From: Anthoceros angustus
Lineage: Eukaryota > Plantae > Anthocerotophyta
Direction: 5' to 3'
Assembly: GCA_010909165.1 (NCBI GenBank)
Contig: VJWM01000016.1
Location: 744,001-808,000 of the forward strand
Length of the DNA: 64,000 bases
Position numbers and translations under genes: made by a program. The notes beneath the pieces are model-generated. The model was not told the origin of the DNA, ran no database searches, and saw nothing but the letters and a program-made list of their open reading frames with translations. Of this stretch, positions 49,343-60,300 are shown piece after piece (position 1 is the stretch's first letter; the number at the start of each line of letters is the position of its first letter).

Positions 49343-52300
49343 TTACTGAGGAGGAGGTTGCTGTCTTTGGGACCCTAAAGCCCCGGTATTGTACAAACCC
49401 CCGTAGTTGGGCTGGTTGAGAGGCTGCGCATATTGATTCTGTAAAGGCTGTTGCAGGGGCTGTTGCAGAGGCTGTTGCAGTGGCTGTTGCAGGGGCTGTT
49501 GCAGAGGCTGTTGCAAGGCATGCGGTAGGGTCTGCGGCAGAGGCAATCCCAAGTTCGAGCTCGAGTGGCCGGACATAAAACCTGGAGGAAGCAAGTTATA
49601 CACCCCTTCAATACTCTTGCAGGCAGTGTCTGTGTGAAGAGGCCACCGGAACTTAAATTTGATTCTGTCAGCATGGTACTTACTTGGCTCTGCCGTCAGT
49701 ATGGTCCTTTGCGTTTGAACACCAGATATACCACCACCATACTGGAAAAAGTACAGCACTCTATTCATGACTTGTCAACAAATAACTCACCAACTTTGCC
49801 TTCCACTTAAGGAACATACCTGCATCCTCTGTGGCAGAAGGGCTGCGTTTTGCTGGCTCATGCTTCCGATCTGATACACCACCAAAAAAACGTTTGCACT
49901 CCATCAGCCAAGTCCTATGTCTTGAAAAGCAAAACAGCTGTTGGCGTACCGTATTTGACCCCATAAGGGCAGACTGGGAGTTTGCATACAAAAGACTGTT
50001 GTTAGCGCCCATCACTTGCATCGAGTGTCTTGCTTGGTTCTGAACCGCCTGCCCTTGCCCAAGACCTTGCTGGAGAGGTTGTTGCTGCTGGATGTGCTGC
50101 TGGAGCTGCTCGATCATCCAAAGTTAACTACTTCAAAAATCACGCCCTACGTTGAAAAACAGCACCTCTCCAGCAGAATCAAGCATAATAGCAGCGGAAC
50201 TGAGCTTACCTGGAGACTTTGCATGTGTTGCTGCTGTATCTGCTGCTGCTGCTGCTGCTGCTGCAGTTGTAGGGGTGCCTTCCCACACAGGAACGTGTCA
50301 ATCAGCAGCCAACCAGAACGCAATAACCCCCTAAAACTCGCACGTTGACAGAGGCAAGAAGTATCACCAGTACCTGATGCAACTGTTGATATGATGGCTG
50401 TGTCTGTGGCAGCGCTGTCTGTCCGAAGGTCTGTAGTGTTTCATAATTAGTACGCATCTAATTGAAAAATACGCTCAACTCAAAAGTAACCACTAAGTCC
50501 AGGTTTAACAGTGGAAAACCTGGACTGGCATATTTGTAGTCCGCCGAAGCCCATGCACAGGTGGCTGCTGTGGCTGCGGCTGCGGCTGCTGCTGCTGCTT
50601 GAACCCAGTAAGTCTCTTTTGTAACATCTGTTGGATCTGGTGCTGCTGTATTTGTTGATGCTGCTGTTGCTGTTGCTGCTGCTGATGTTGCTGCTGTTGC
50701 AGTTGCAACTGCTGCTGCTGCTGCTGTTGCTGATGTACCTGAAACAGCTGCGCTGGTTGCTGCTGCTGAGGCTGCACCTGCTGTTGCTGCTGACCCTGGA
50801 GCTGCTGAAGATGCTGCTGCATTTGTTGTTGCTGCAGCTGTTGTTGCTTCTGTTGCTGCTGCTGCTGCTGCAGGTGCTGTTGTTGCTGGAGCTGATGCTG
50901 TTGCGGCACCTGCTGCTGTTGCGGCACCTGCTGCTGCTGCGGCACCTGCTGCTGCTGCTGCACCTGCTGCTGTTGCTGCACCTGCTGCTGCTGCGGCACC
51001 TGCTGCTGATGCTGCACCTGCTGTTGTTGCTGCACCTGCTGTTGTTGCTGCGCCTGCTGTTGTTGCTGCGCCTGCTGTGGTTGCGGCTGTGGCACCAGCG
51101 GCATCACCATCATTTCTTGAAGTGGCGCACTCCGTTGCTGCACCTGTTGTGGCTGTGGCTGCGGTTGCTGCTGAGTTACAGATCCACCCGGTGAGCCAGC
51201 AGCGTACTGCGATTGTGTCACAGCTGACATCAAACTGGTCTGAACCACATCGGATCTGGTGCGAGGTTGCATCTGAACAGTACTGACCTGCAAAACATAC
51301 CCAGAGCACTCAGCTGCGAAAGTCCAAACCTCAATCATGAACAGCACCACAAGAACTACATCCGGAAGGGAAGCCCTCCACAGAGCTGTCTTGTGAGACC
51401 AGTGCAGGACACTACAAGAAACCCATCTAGTCCAAATCTGAATGGGCAACTACACCGTGAGAGGAAGCCATGCACATATCACCACTCGAGACTAACCAGC
51501 TGCGGACCACCCAAACGGGAGACTGTGCTTGGCGGTGTAGCCGATGTGGTGTTTTTGCTAGCTCCTGCAAAAACACAGCCGCCAACGACATATTCAACAT
51601 CATAAACACCCCAAAAACACAAGCCGAAGCCTGAAAGCAACTGCTTAACTTCTCACCTGATTCTCCATGGTGTGGATAAGCAGCTCTCAAATGCGGGGGT
51701 AGGACTGCAGGTAATTGCCGTTGATCCAATGGAAGTCTCAGCCCTGGAGAGAGATTGACAAAACAGCAGGGGCCAACGAATCACATACTGCCAGTTGGCT
51801 GGTACATGAGTCCAAGCAGCTTGGGGAGCTGGAAGGACTTTTTACCCTCCCCTGTGTGGATAGTATTCAGCAGCACCCTCCCCTCCTCCAGTAGTCTGGC
51901 TTGACGTGCTTTATCTGTTGCCGGTGGGGCAGGGGCTTGGCGAGAACCCAATCCAAGAGCCTTCCGCTCCTCTTGCAACACCCTCTCAGCAGTATCAATA
52001 TTTGCCTTGATCATCTCTATACGCTTCTGCAGCGTCGACGTCCAAGTTACATGACACTGCCCACACAAAGTGCACAGCGCCCAACAGACCTTGCGAACAC
52101 AGCAGCATATCCCAGACCTGATGTATTTCTATCTGAGCCTGGGGCGGTAGGTCACCCAATCCTGGCTCCATCTCTTCTCTGATGGTTCCCAGCTCCGCTT
52201 CCATTTCCGGTAGCAGCTTCGATGAGAGCATAATGGGGAGTACTGGGTAAGACAAAATGATATGGCTTAGGGTGTGGCAGCTCATGGAATTGTGCAGCAC

Positions 52301-52772
52301 ACGAGGAACGGGAGGAATTGAACTTACTTGCAGCATTCTCAGCATCCACATTCTTAGGGAAGACAACATATAGCTTCAACACAGGCTTCATTTCTTCCAT
52401 TAAATTTATCAGCTCCACATTCACCATGGCAAATTGTCCAAGAACCTCCGACCTGCACCCACCAGTGGCAAGTGTTTCAAATGTTCTCAACTTCTCTACT
52501 CCGATTCAACCCTTATGGCCCGCCGAATCCCAATTCCCTCACCACTTGTTCGGGTTGCCCTGAAAAGTTTGGATAAGCCGCGCGATGGTTTTCATCAAAT
52601 CCTGCGTCCGTGTCCGCAAGGATGCTAAGTTGAGCTGCTGCAACACGGGTGCCATGTCTGATCTAGCTGCTGCTGCTGCTGCTGCTGGTCCTGATCCCCC
52701 AGTCGCTACCTGGTTCCCCTGCATGGCTGGTCCAGCTCCTGCTAGTCCCGGCCCGGCGGGCGTTCCTGTCAT
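49343..52772 (-). CDS. MED8: Mediator subunit 8 with a long Q-rich C-terminal region, multi-exon
   Basis: LNLASLRTRTQDL...KW|SEVLGQFAMVNVEL, VFPKNVDAENAA, LPIMLSSKLLPEME, RIEMIKANIDTAERVL...GLGSRQ and DQRQLPAVLPPHL match my recollection of Arabidopsis MED8. PolyQ exon at about 50540-51290; the protein ends QRQQPPPQ* at 49343. Confidence 0.92.
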
Positions 52773-53137
52773 GGCTACAGCGGAAACGGGCCAGCCACGG
52801 AACCCACTACATAAGCTACATAGAGCCTGCTTGGCTTTGATTCCTATGGGGCTGCTCGCGTTTGCTTCCTACGGGCCTGCTTGGCTTTGATTCCTCCAAA
52901 GGTCCTCCGCTACGGGGAGAGGGATCGCCGTGCACGGGGTCTGTTAGGCGCCCAGTCCGGCGGCCCTCACCGGTCATCCGTGAGGCCCCGCCTTCCCATT
53001 CTCTCTCTTCCCTTCCCCGTTTTCTCTTTCCAGTCTTTGACCTTTTATTTAAAAGGGAATTTGGAGACTTTTACCTCTTCTCTCCCCGTTCCTTGCCTCC
53101 CCTTCTCCAAACTATTAGTTTTATCTTTTCGCTCGTT

Positions 53138-53242
53138 TAGGGTTTATGGTTATGAATTTATGGTAATAACTATTTTTAAAATAATTTTAAAGTTGTAAGA
53201 TTTATTTCAAGAAATTAGTTGTTAATTCATTCTAAACCCTAA
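53138..53242. promoter_or_regulatory. Two telo-box motifs (TAGGGTTT at 53138-53145, AAACCCTAA at 53234-53242) upstream of MED8
   Basis: Motifs read directly. Telo-boxes are common in plant housekeeping promoters; function here is not shown. Confidence 0.35.
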
Positions 53243-54140
53243 TGATCAGTATAGGAACACCTCCTTCCGGGGTGGAGAATCACATGGTGACATGTGGCAA
53301 AGATCCGGCATAGGGTGGCAAAGGTCACAGCGTAGGATCACGTACGTCGATCTCACTCCTGATCTATTGACTAGGTACGCAATGTCACAAATCCGATCTC
53401 ACACAAGACACAACATTAGGGCTGCAAATGAGTCTAAACAACTGGTCTTTTCTCAATCACAGAGCTACTGGCCTTTACTCACTCACAGAGCATACAAAAG
53501 AGTCTGGCTATCAAACCTTTCTACCTGCGTACAATAGAGTCTGGCTATCAATACCCTTTTAACCACTGCCCTTGACTCAAGACAAATCTTCACCTAGCCC
53601 TCCTCCAAGCCACCTCTCCACAATGGTCTAAGTAATGCCTCATCTAAGCTCTGAGAGCTCGCCATCTTATATCCCGCAAGCTCACCCCATGTATCCCAGC
53701 CCATCCGATAGCTCATATCAAGCTCGCCCCATCTGAGCAGCTCCGTGTGGCCAGCCTCCTCACAGCACTCACATGAGTCTTCAGTGCAGTGAGCTGCGAT
53801 GTCCTCTGGTGCATCAAGCTTCTCCCTGGGGTCACCTCCTTCCTCCTCGAGCTTGCTGGCTTTGTCTGCATCTACAAGTTAGCAATCTCCTCCACCATGT
53901 TTTTACAGTCGAGACTTTACCTCCCACTGTCCTTGCATGTTCTGGAGCCACCCCACAACTTGATGCTTAGGCGGTGGTGATGGAGACGGCGAGGAGTTGT
54001 CGAAAGAGCTGAGCCCCTCATACTAATGTTCTTAAATCACGCCCTCGCCTGCCTAGGCAGACCCGTGCTTTGTTGGTATGGTACAACTCGGTGCTCTCTT
54101 TAAAGCTTCCTCCAAGGTAATCAAATCTCTCTCCATCCTC

Positions 54141-54571
54141 CTACTGTAGAACTCGGGCTTGAGGCCCTCCAAAAAGAACAACTTTACTTCCTTCAGCTGA
54201 TCTCGTTTGTAGCTCAACTTTACATACATAAACTGCTATGCTTTCGTGGTCTTCCTGGTACAGGTCCAATAACAACTCATGACAAGCGCTGTGAAATGTG
54301 CAACTCCTAAACCTAGCAACATCCACAAAATATCTCATACCATGTCTCGGGTCTGGTAGGAAAATATTTCGGGTACTTTTCGTCTGTACTCATGGCACTG
54401 GCCTTTAGCACATGTTTGATAAACTGTACCCATGGCACTGGCCTTTAGCACATGTTTGAAGTGTTTCAGATGCTCATCTAGGTCCTCTGCATGTGTCCCG
54501 TAGAACATTGGCAAGACGAATGTATCTAAGTACCTTATGTCATAGCTTGGCAACATGACTTGTATAGACAC
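54141..54571 (-). mobile_element. Decayed Ty3/gypsy gag fragment
   Basis: LPMFYGTHAEDLDEHLKHFKHV and LLDLYQEDHESIAVYVCKVE resemble retrotransposon gag motifs. Includes a 40-bp-period duplication at 54386-54459. The element probably extends to about 53290. Confidence 0.55.
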
Positions 54572-55647
54572 TACACATGTTCACATTCTCAACAAGACGA
54601 TGACAGCAACAACACACATGTCAGCAAGATTGGGTTAGCTGGATCAGCCTACTGTTTGTAGACAAATGTCTCTAAAACGACCAACTCAATCTTTCAGCAA
54701 ATATACACTGTTGGACATCACGGATCCTGGACATCTTCCATTGACGTAGATATGAAACAACACACAACTGCTGCAGCCAAAAAACAGATGCTATGGAAGT
54801 CTAGTCTTAAATAGCTAGTCTTGACAGGCACAGATGGTCTTCAAGGACGGAGTTGGGATTGAACAAACGCATCCCGCTTAATCACATTGCAAGGAGTCTC
54901 TCCTCTTATACGTGCTCAGCCAACTTGGCTGGCACTCCAGTGTGGCGCCACACACTTCCTTATCTTGAGTTTCCCCGCTTACCACGCTTTCTTACCTCAG
55001 TCAAGATGGCACTGCACGTTGCTGGTTACCTGAGGAACCAACTTTTGGCTTCCCTCCTTCCGAGTCCCAACCCGCTCTGACCGATAACCATCAGGTATCG
55101 ATATGAAAGCTTCCAAGCCAATAGGTTGATGCTTCGTCCGTCCACCTAAGCTAGTGCTGGTGATAATCTTCTTTATCTTTAACAAAAATATGCGTGAAAT
55201 CCTGTGGCAGCGCAGGCAGGTCTCTTTCAAATTTAAGCCAAGAATCGATTTCTGTCCAGATCTCTTTACCACTGGTCTTTTCCCGAAAGAAACGTGGTCG
55301 TTTGGGCTGTTTAGGCAGCATCCACCTGGAAGAGGGTCGTCTTCCCCGGATGCAAGATGAGCATAGCTATTTTTCAGCGTCCTGTGATGTGTTAAGTTGG
55401 CATGTTTGGGCGATGCATAAGCAGAAGCAGACCAGCCGCTGGTTATCTTGAAGGTCTGGCTGAACTGACTCTACTTGTTGGGTGCTTGGCAGTCCAGCAT
55501 ATGTTTTCTCGCTAAACGCAAGCTGGCTTTGGAAGGCTAGAAAGAAGTGCAGACAGCTGATCTACGGTAGATTCGTACCCAAATGTATGTACAGCCACAA
55601 CTTACGGGAGGGCTAAGAAGCATCGACCTCCGGATCACAACAGGTCT

Positions 55648-56495
55648 TCACTTGGATGCCCTCCTCTTCATCATGGCCAGTGCTTGTCGAGCACTTTGCC
55701 ATAAGAGCCACAGAATACCTACCCCGCCTGCAACAGGAGCAACATAGGCAGAACACCCACCAATTTGACAGATCACATACATCAGAATACTGAACCAGCC
55801 AAATTTCGACGTTGGACATGACGTACCCGAAGCAAGAACGATGGCAACGATGGTCGACAATGTGACTGCAGAGACAGAAACCGCTGCAATTGACACAGCT
55901 CCCACGTAGATAACAGTGAGGGATGTGAAGAAGGTTGCCACGAAGGCCCCGACTGCCGCCAGGGACACGAGGAAACTGACAACAATGGTGTTGGCCGTAG
56001 CTATGATAAAGAAGATCATGAAGACACTCAAGCCCGTCAGAGCTATGAGAGTGATGAGCCCGACCTGCACATGAGACGTATGCCTCCGTTTAGGGCTGCA
56101 ACAGGAATTGCACCAAACCCAGGCGTTGCAGCACAGCAAACAATGCGGAGATAGACCAGCAAACATACCACAGTGACAAAAAACGCGCGCCATGGACCAC
56201 CCTGCCGCATCCACTGAAACAAATCCAGAGACGAGTCCTTGACAGCGCGCCTGATTCGCGGTGCTCTGCTGGCCAGAGCGCCCCTGGTGCGGGACAGCAG
56301 GCCCTGCCCGTCCTTGGTAGTCTGGGCTCCCATCTCCTCCACCATCTCCCGCAGCAGCACCAACATACTCTCCCGCTCCTTGAGCACGTCCAGAGTGTGC
56401 GCCAGAGCCACCTCCCCCTCCTCCTCCTCCTCCCCCTTGCCCTTGCCCACGCCCACAGGCGCGGGCGAGAGCTCTTCCACCACCGGCTCCTTCAT
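55648..56495 (-). CDS. LDIP: LDAP-interacting protein (lipid droplet protein, promethin-like hydrophobic domain), 3 exons
   Basis: Exons 56495-56169, 56064-55827 and 55727-55648. DLFQWMRQGGPWRAFFVTV|VGLITL...ATANTIVVSFLVSLAAVGAFVATFFTSLTVIYVGAVSIA...VLASG|GVGILW aligns by eye with At5g16550. Confidence 0.85.
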
Positions 56496-57359
56496 CTTCC
56501 CACTTGCACTTGCACCAGAATTGCCTCCCCGCACCCGCAACCTCTCTGCCACGAGTCAGTCAATCGGAGCACACGCATCTGTGGCAACCCAGTTTCTCCC
56601 TCCTTCGCCAGCCTTAACCGACGAGGAAACCAGGCTCCCTCCCCGTCAATCTAGAACCACGTCGAAGCCATGTGGCAAGCGTGTAACACCAGCAGGAGGA
56701 AAAATGTGAAAGCGCACTTCTACCTCAACACCAGCGGGGCATGGTGGAGCCGCTGTGTGCAACTTCATGCAAGCCTGGGAAGGGGGACCGTGCAAGGTAA
56801 GGTGCTGGAGTTGCATGAGACGAATTTTGTTCTCCCTCTTGCCCAATTCAGGGCTTCAGGCTTCCAGCATGAGCGCAGGCGAGAGTTCTCCAATTGGGAG
56901 TTCACAGCTGTGATAATGCACTATGTACATACATACTATGTACCTCCTGACCTAGTTCTATGGTACTCTACCTATCTCCTTGGATGATCAAGCCATCTGC
57001 ACCCCTGTCGCCATAGCAGCGATATCATGTTTGGGAAGTGAGAAGCGGGGATCATGGTGAGAAAGACCCAATCGCGTACAGTACGCCGTTTCTTGATGGG
57101 TCTTTTGATGGGTCTTGATCGTGTGGGGATGGCGTTGCTGGACGTGCCATCTGCTGTGGGTCCTTGAGAAGCATGCAAGGGAGGGACATGACTCATGATG
57201 TCGTTGCCTTGAGAACACATCAGATCTCAAATCTCGAACGGAACATAGTTCACCTTCCAGAAACAACCAGAGCTTCGACTTTAATGGACCGAAGTAAAGA
57301 GCGGTGTTAGGAAGTGGAGGGAGCCTGGTGGAAGCGACGAGCTGTGGGTCTCGCCGGCC

Positions 57360-60300
57360 ATGGCTGGTCCGGGAGGGGAGCAAGTGGTGGCGGAGCCCGA
57401 GCTGCAGCTGAGCATGAAGGCAATTATTCCTGGCAGTAGCATGGAGCTGGCGTGCGTTGGAAGTCTGCAGTTGCAGCAGGAACAGCAGCTCACTTTCATG
57501 TGCGGCAGCCTGCTTGTCCCCACCGGCACCAGCACCAGCACCAGCACCGGCACCATCTCGGCCCCGGCTGTCGTCCCAAGCCAGCGGTTTGTGCATGCCC
57601 GCCTGACATGTCCTGATTGTGGTTGGATTTGGAGCTGGTTTTGTGTGAGGCTGGTGGAGTGGTGGCCCATGTTTTTGAGGATGGTGCTAGGCAGGGGTTG
57701 ATTTGGAGTGGGAATTCGAGTGGAGGGCGATGGTGTCGGAATGCAAATGAGCAATTTTGACTGAATTGGTGTTGGGCGGCATGCTGGTGGTTTGCAGGAT
57801 GAGCGCGCCTCGCTACCGTCGGCTTTCCACGCAGACCGACCTGAATTCGCCTCCGTCTCAGGGTTCCCATTTCGAGAAGTTCGCTGTAGCTCCACATGAC
57901 CCGGGGGGTAAGTGCTGCTAGCTGTAGCTGGAGGCCCGCAAGTTGCAGGACTTGTGGTGGATCACTGGGTGATTCTCTCAGGTGCAAAGATTGGCGTCTT
58001 CCTGCCGTGACCAGCAAATTGAGGCATGATTATTGCTGGAATTGAGTTGTGGACTCACAACGCGACGGGCTGGTAGTGAGTCAATGGATGTGGCATGTGT
58101 TTGGTGTTGTCTCGTGTAGGTCTGAGTAAGCGAGGTGGAGGACAGTCTCTGTCAAGTCTTGCGTTGAGCGCTTTTTTGGATTATCGAGACAAGATAGACA
58201 TCGTTGGCCCTGTTGACATTTTGAAGCAAATTTTCAAGACTCCATACAGCAAGGCTCGACTGTCAGTCGGTGTCCATCGTATTGGGCAGACTCTTGTCTT
58301 ATGCAGTGGGTATGTTCGTCTGTGGAGTACTCTGGGCTTTTTTTTTTTTCTTGTGGGAGCTCGACGAACTCCTTCCACTAATGCATAGGACCCTGGCAGG
58401 CCCGAGACTGAGGAGAGTGAGAAGGCTGCAAGACGGAAGAAGAAGCAGGGTAATGGCGTGGAGAGTAACCTGTTTGCAAAATTTGTCCAGCATCTTGCGA
58501 GTGGGCATACTTCTGACTCACAAGCACAACCAAGGGCTGCTGAGACAACCTCAGGCCTCGGTCAAGCATCTCAAAGGAGTTCAGAGGAGGCAGAAGTTGA
58601 TTCATCTGTTGAAGTCAATCTATGTTTTCCTTGGCAGCTGGTACAGGACCACACCGCTGATGACGAAATTAAAGCTGACAGGGAAGGGTCCTGTTCAAGC
58701 TATCAAGTGCCAGTACATAAATCAGGCCAGCAGGGTGTATCATGGCAACATCACAGACGTGAAAGTGGCATGAATTCTCTGAACGACTTTATGCCTTTCG
58801 GGGATCAGCAGCAGGACACTGAATATTTGCCGAATGAGCCAGATGGTCACCCAAGGCCTGGTACTGAGCGGTTTCTTAGAGTTCTGTTTTGGGAGTTTGA
58901 GCACATGCGTATGATGCTAGGTAGTGATCTTCTCGTCTTCAATGATGAGAAGCATGGTCCTGTAAGCTTACATCTGCTTGAACTTGATCGTCAGGTGGGT
59001 CAACATTTTGCAACCAGCTGTAGTTCAAAGTTGTTCTTTTAGGAATGGTTAGCAGCTTCTCATGTCCTCGGAACTGATATAACTGAGGTGTCATTACCCT
59101 TGAATGCAGGTGTCTCCCCTCGTCTGGCTGGATGCTTGGTTAGATAATGTGATGGCGAGTGTTCCTGAGCTGGCTGTCTTCTACCATGAAAAGGGAGTTG
59201 TTCAAGGATATCAAATTCTAAAGACAGAAGAGATTCTTCTTTATAAAGGGCTTGCGGAAGATGGGACTGTCAGTTTCCATCCTCATGTGGTGCAGCAAAA
59301 TGCATCCTCAATCTTGAGATTTCTGCAGGATAATTGCAAGCAGGATCCAGGGTCGTATTGGGTGTGTACTCTGATCCTATCCACTAGTTTAAGATTCGGC
59401 TGTATTCTCTTTGCTCAGGCATTGTCACTGTGCTCCTCATTGCAATTATGCACAAACATGTCGCACAATTTTGTAGCTTTTCAAGAATGCTGGAGAAGAT
59501 CTTCTGCATCTGTTTGATCTGGCTGCCATTTCCAAGTCGCGGTCATCGCGGGCAGAAGGTGACTCAACCAAGTGCGGAACATTGCCCACAGGCAGGAAAA
59601 TCAGCAAAGGCCGCTATTCTCTGCCCCTGGCAATGCTTCTGTATCGTCTAGCTTACAGTTTTTCACATTCACAGGTGTGCATTTCTTGCTCATTTGCGAT
59701 TGTGTAATATTATGTAGGTGTTGTGATTCTCTTTAACCCGGCCCCTTTTCTTTTCTGTCATTATGTGTGTAGAACCCAGATGACCAAGGCAAGTGTGCAA
59801 GTCTTTTCGAGAAATGTTTGGAGTTCATGGATGAGCAAGAACCCATGGTATGCGGAAATTTGAAGTAATGAATTGGACGGCTGTTTTGTTCTCGTTGAGT
59901 TTATTGGCGTCAGTTATTTTTTTGTTTCTTGTCAGAACCAAGGATGGTCATGGACGTGCAGTAACGGAGATGGTTGGTTTGGCCTGCGATGCAGGTTGTT
60001 CGGTCTTCTGCCCATGAGCATGTTGGAAGGGTAATGCTGAACTGTCTGAAGGAGCTCGGGTTGCCACTTCACCCTTTGCTTCTGGGGAAGATGGCAGCTG
60101 GCAACAAACAGTTTCCTCTAGTGCTCCCTTCCTCACAAACTGTGATTCAGGATGCTGACATTGAAGACCAACACGTTTGTGAACTGAGAGAAAGTGATCA
60201 TTGCATGCTCCCTGATGTTCCAAGCAACCCGGGTGAAGGAGATGCCTCGTGCTCTGTGGGGTTGTCTTCACCACCAGAAAGGGTCCTGAATTTTTGTGGG

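Noticed and set aside
50458-51309. Long poly-Leu (50631-51194 +) and poly-Ala/Thr (50458-51309 -) ORFs, plus the poly-Cys ORF at 50016-50348
   Set aside because: These are antisense or alternative frames of the MED8 CAG/CAA repeats.
48373-53328. Exact 15-mer GGTGGCAAAGGTCAC on both sides of MED8 (48373 and 53314)
   Set aside because: About two 15-mer matches are expected by chance in 64 kb, and the similarity does not extend.
33282-56495. PGM48, AAE17/18 and LDIP as a lipid-droplet gene cluster
   Set aside because: They act in different compartments, are separated by unrelated genes, and share no pathway I can name.
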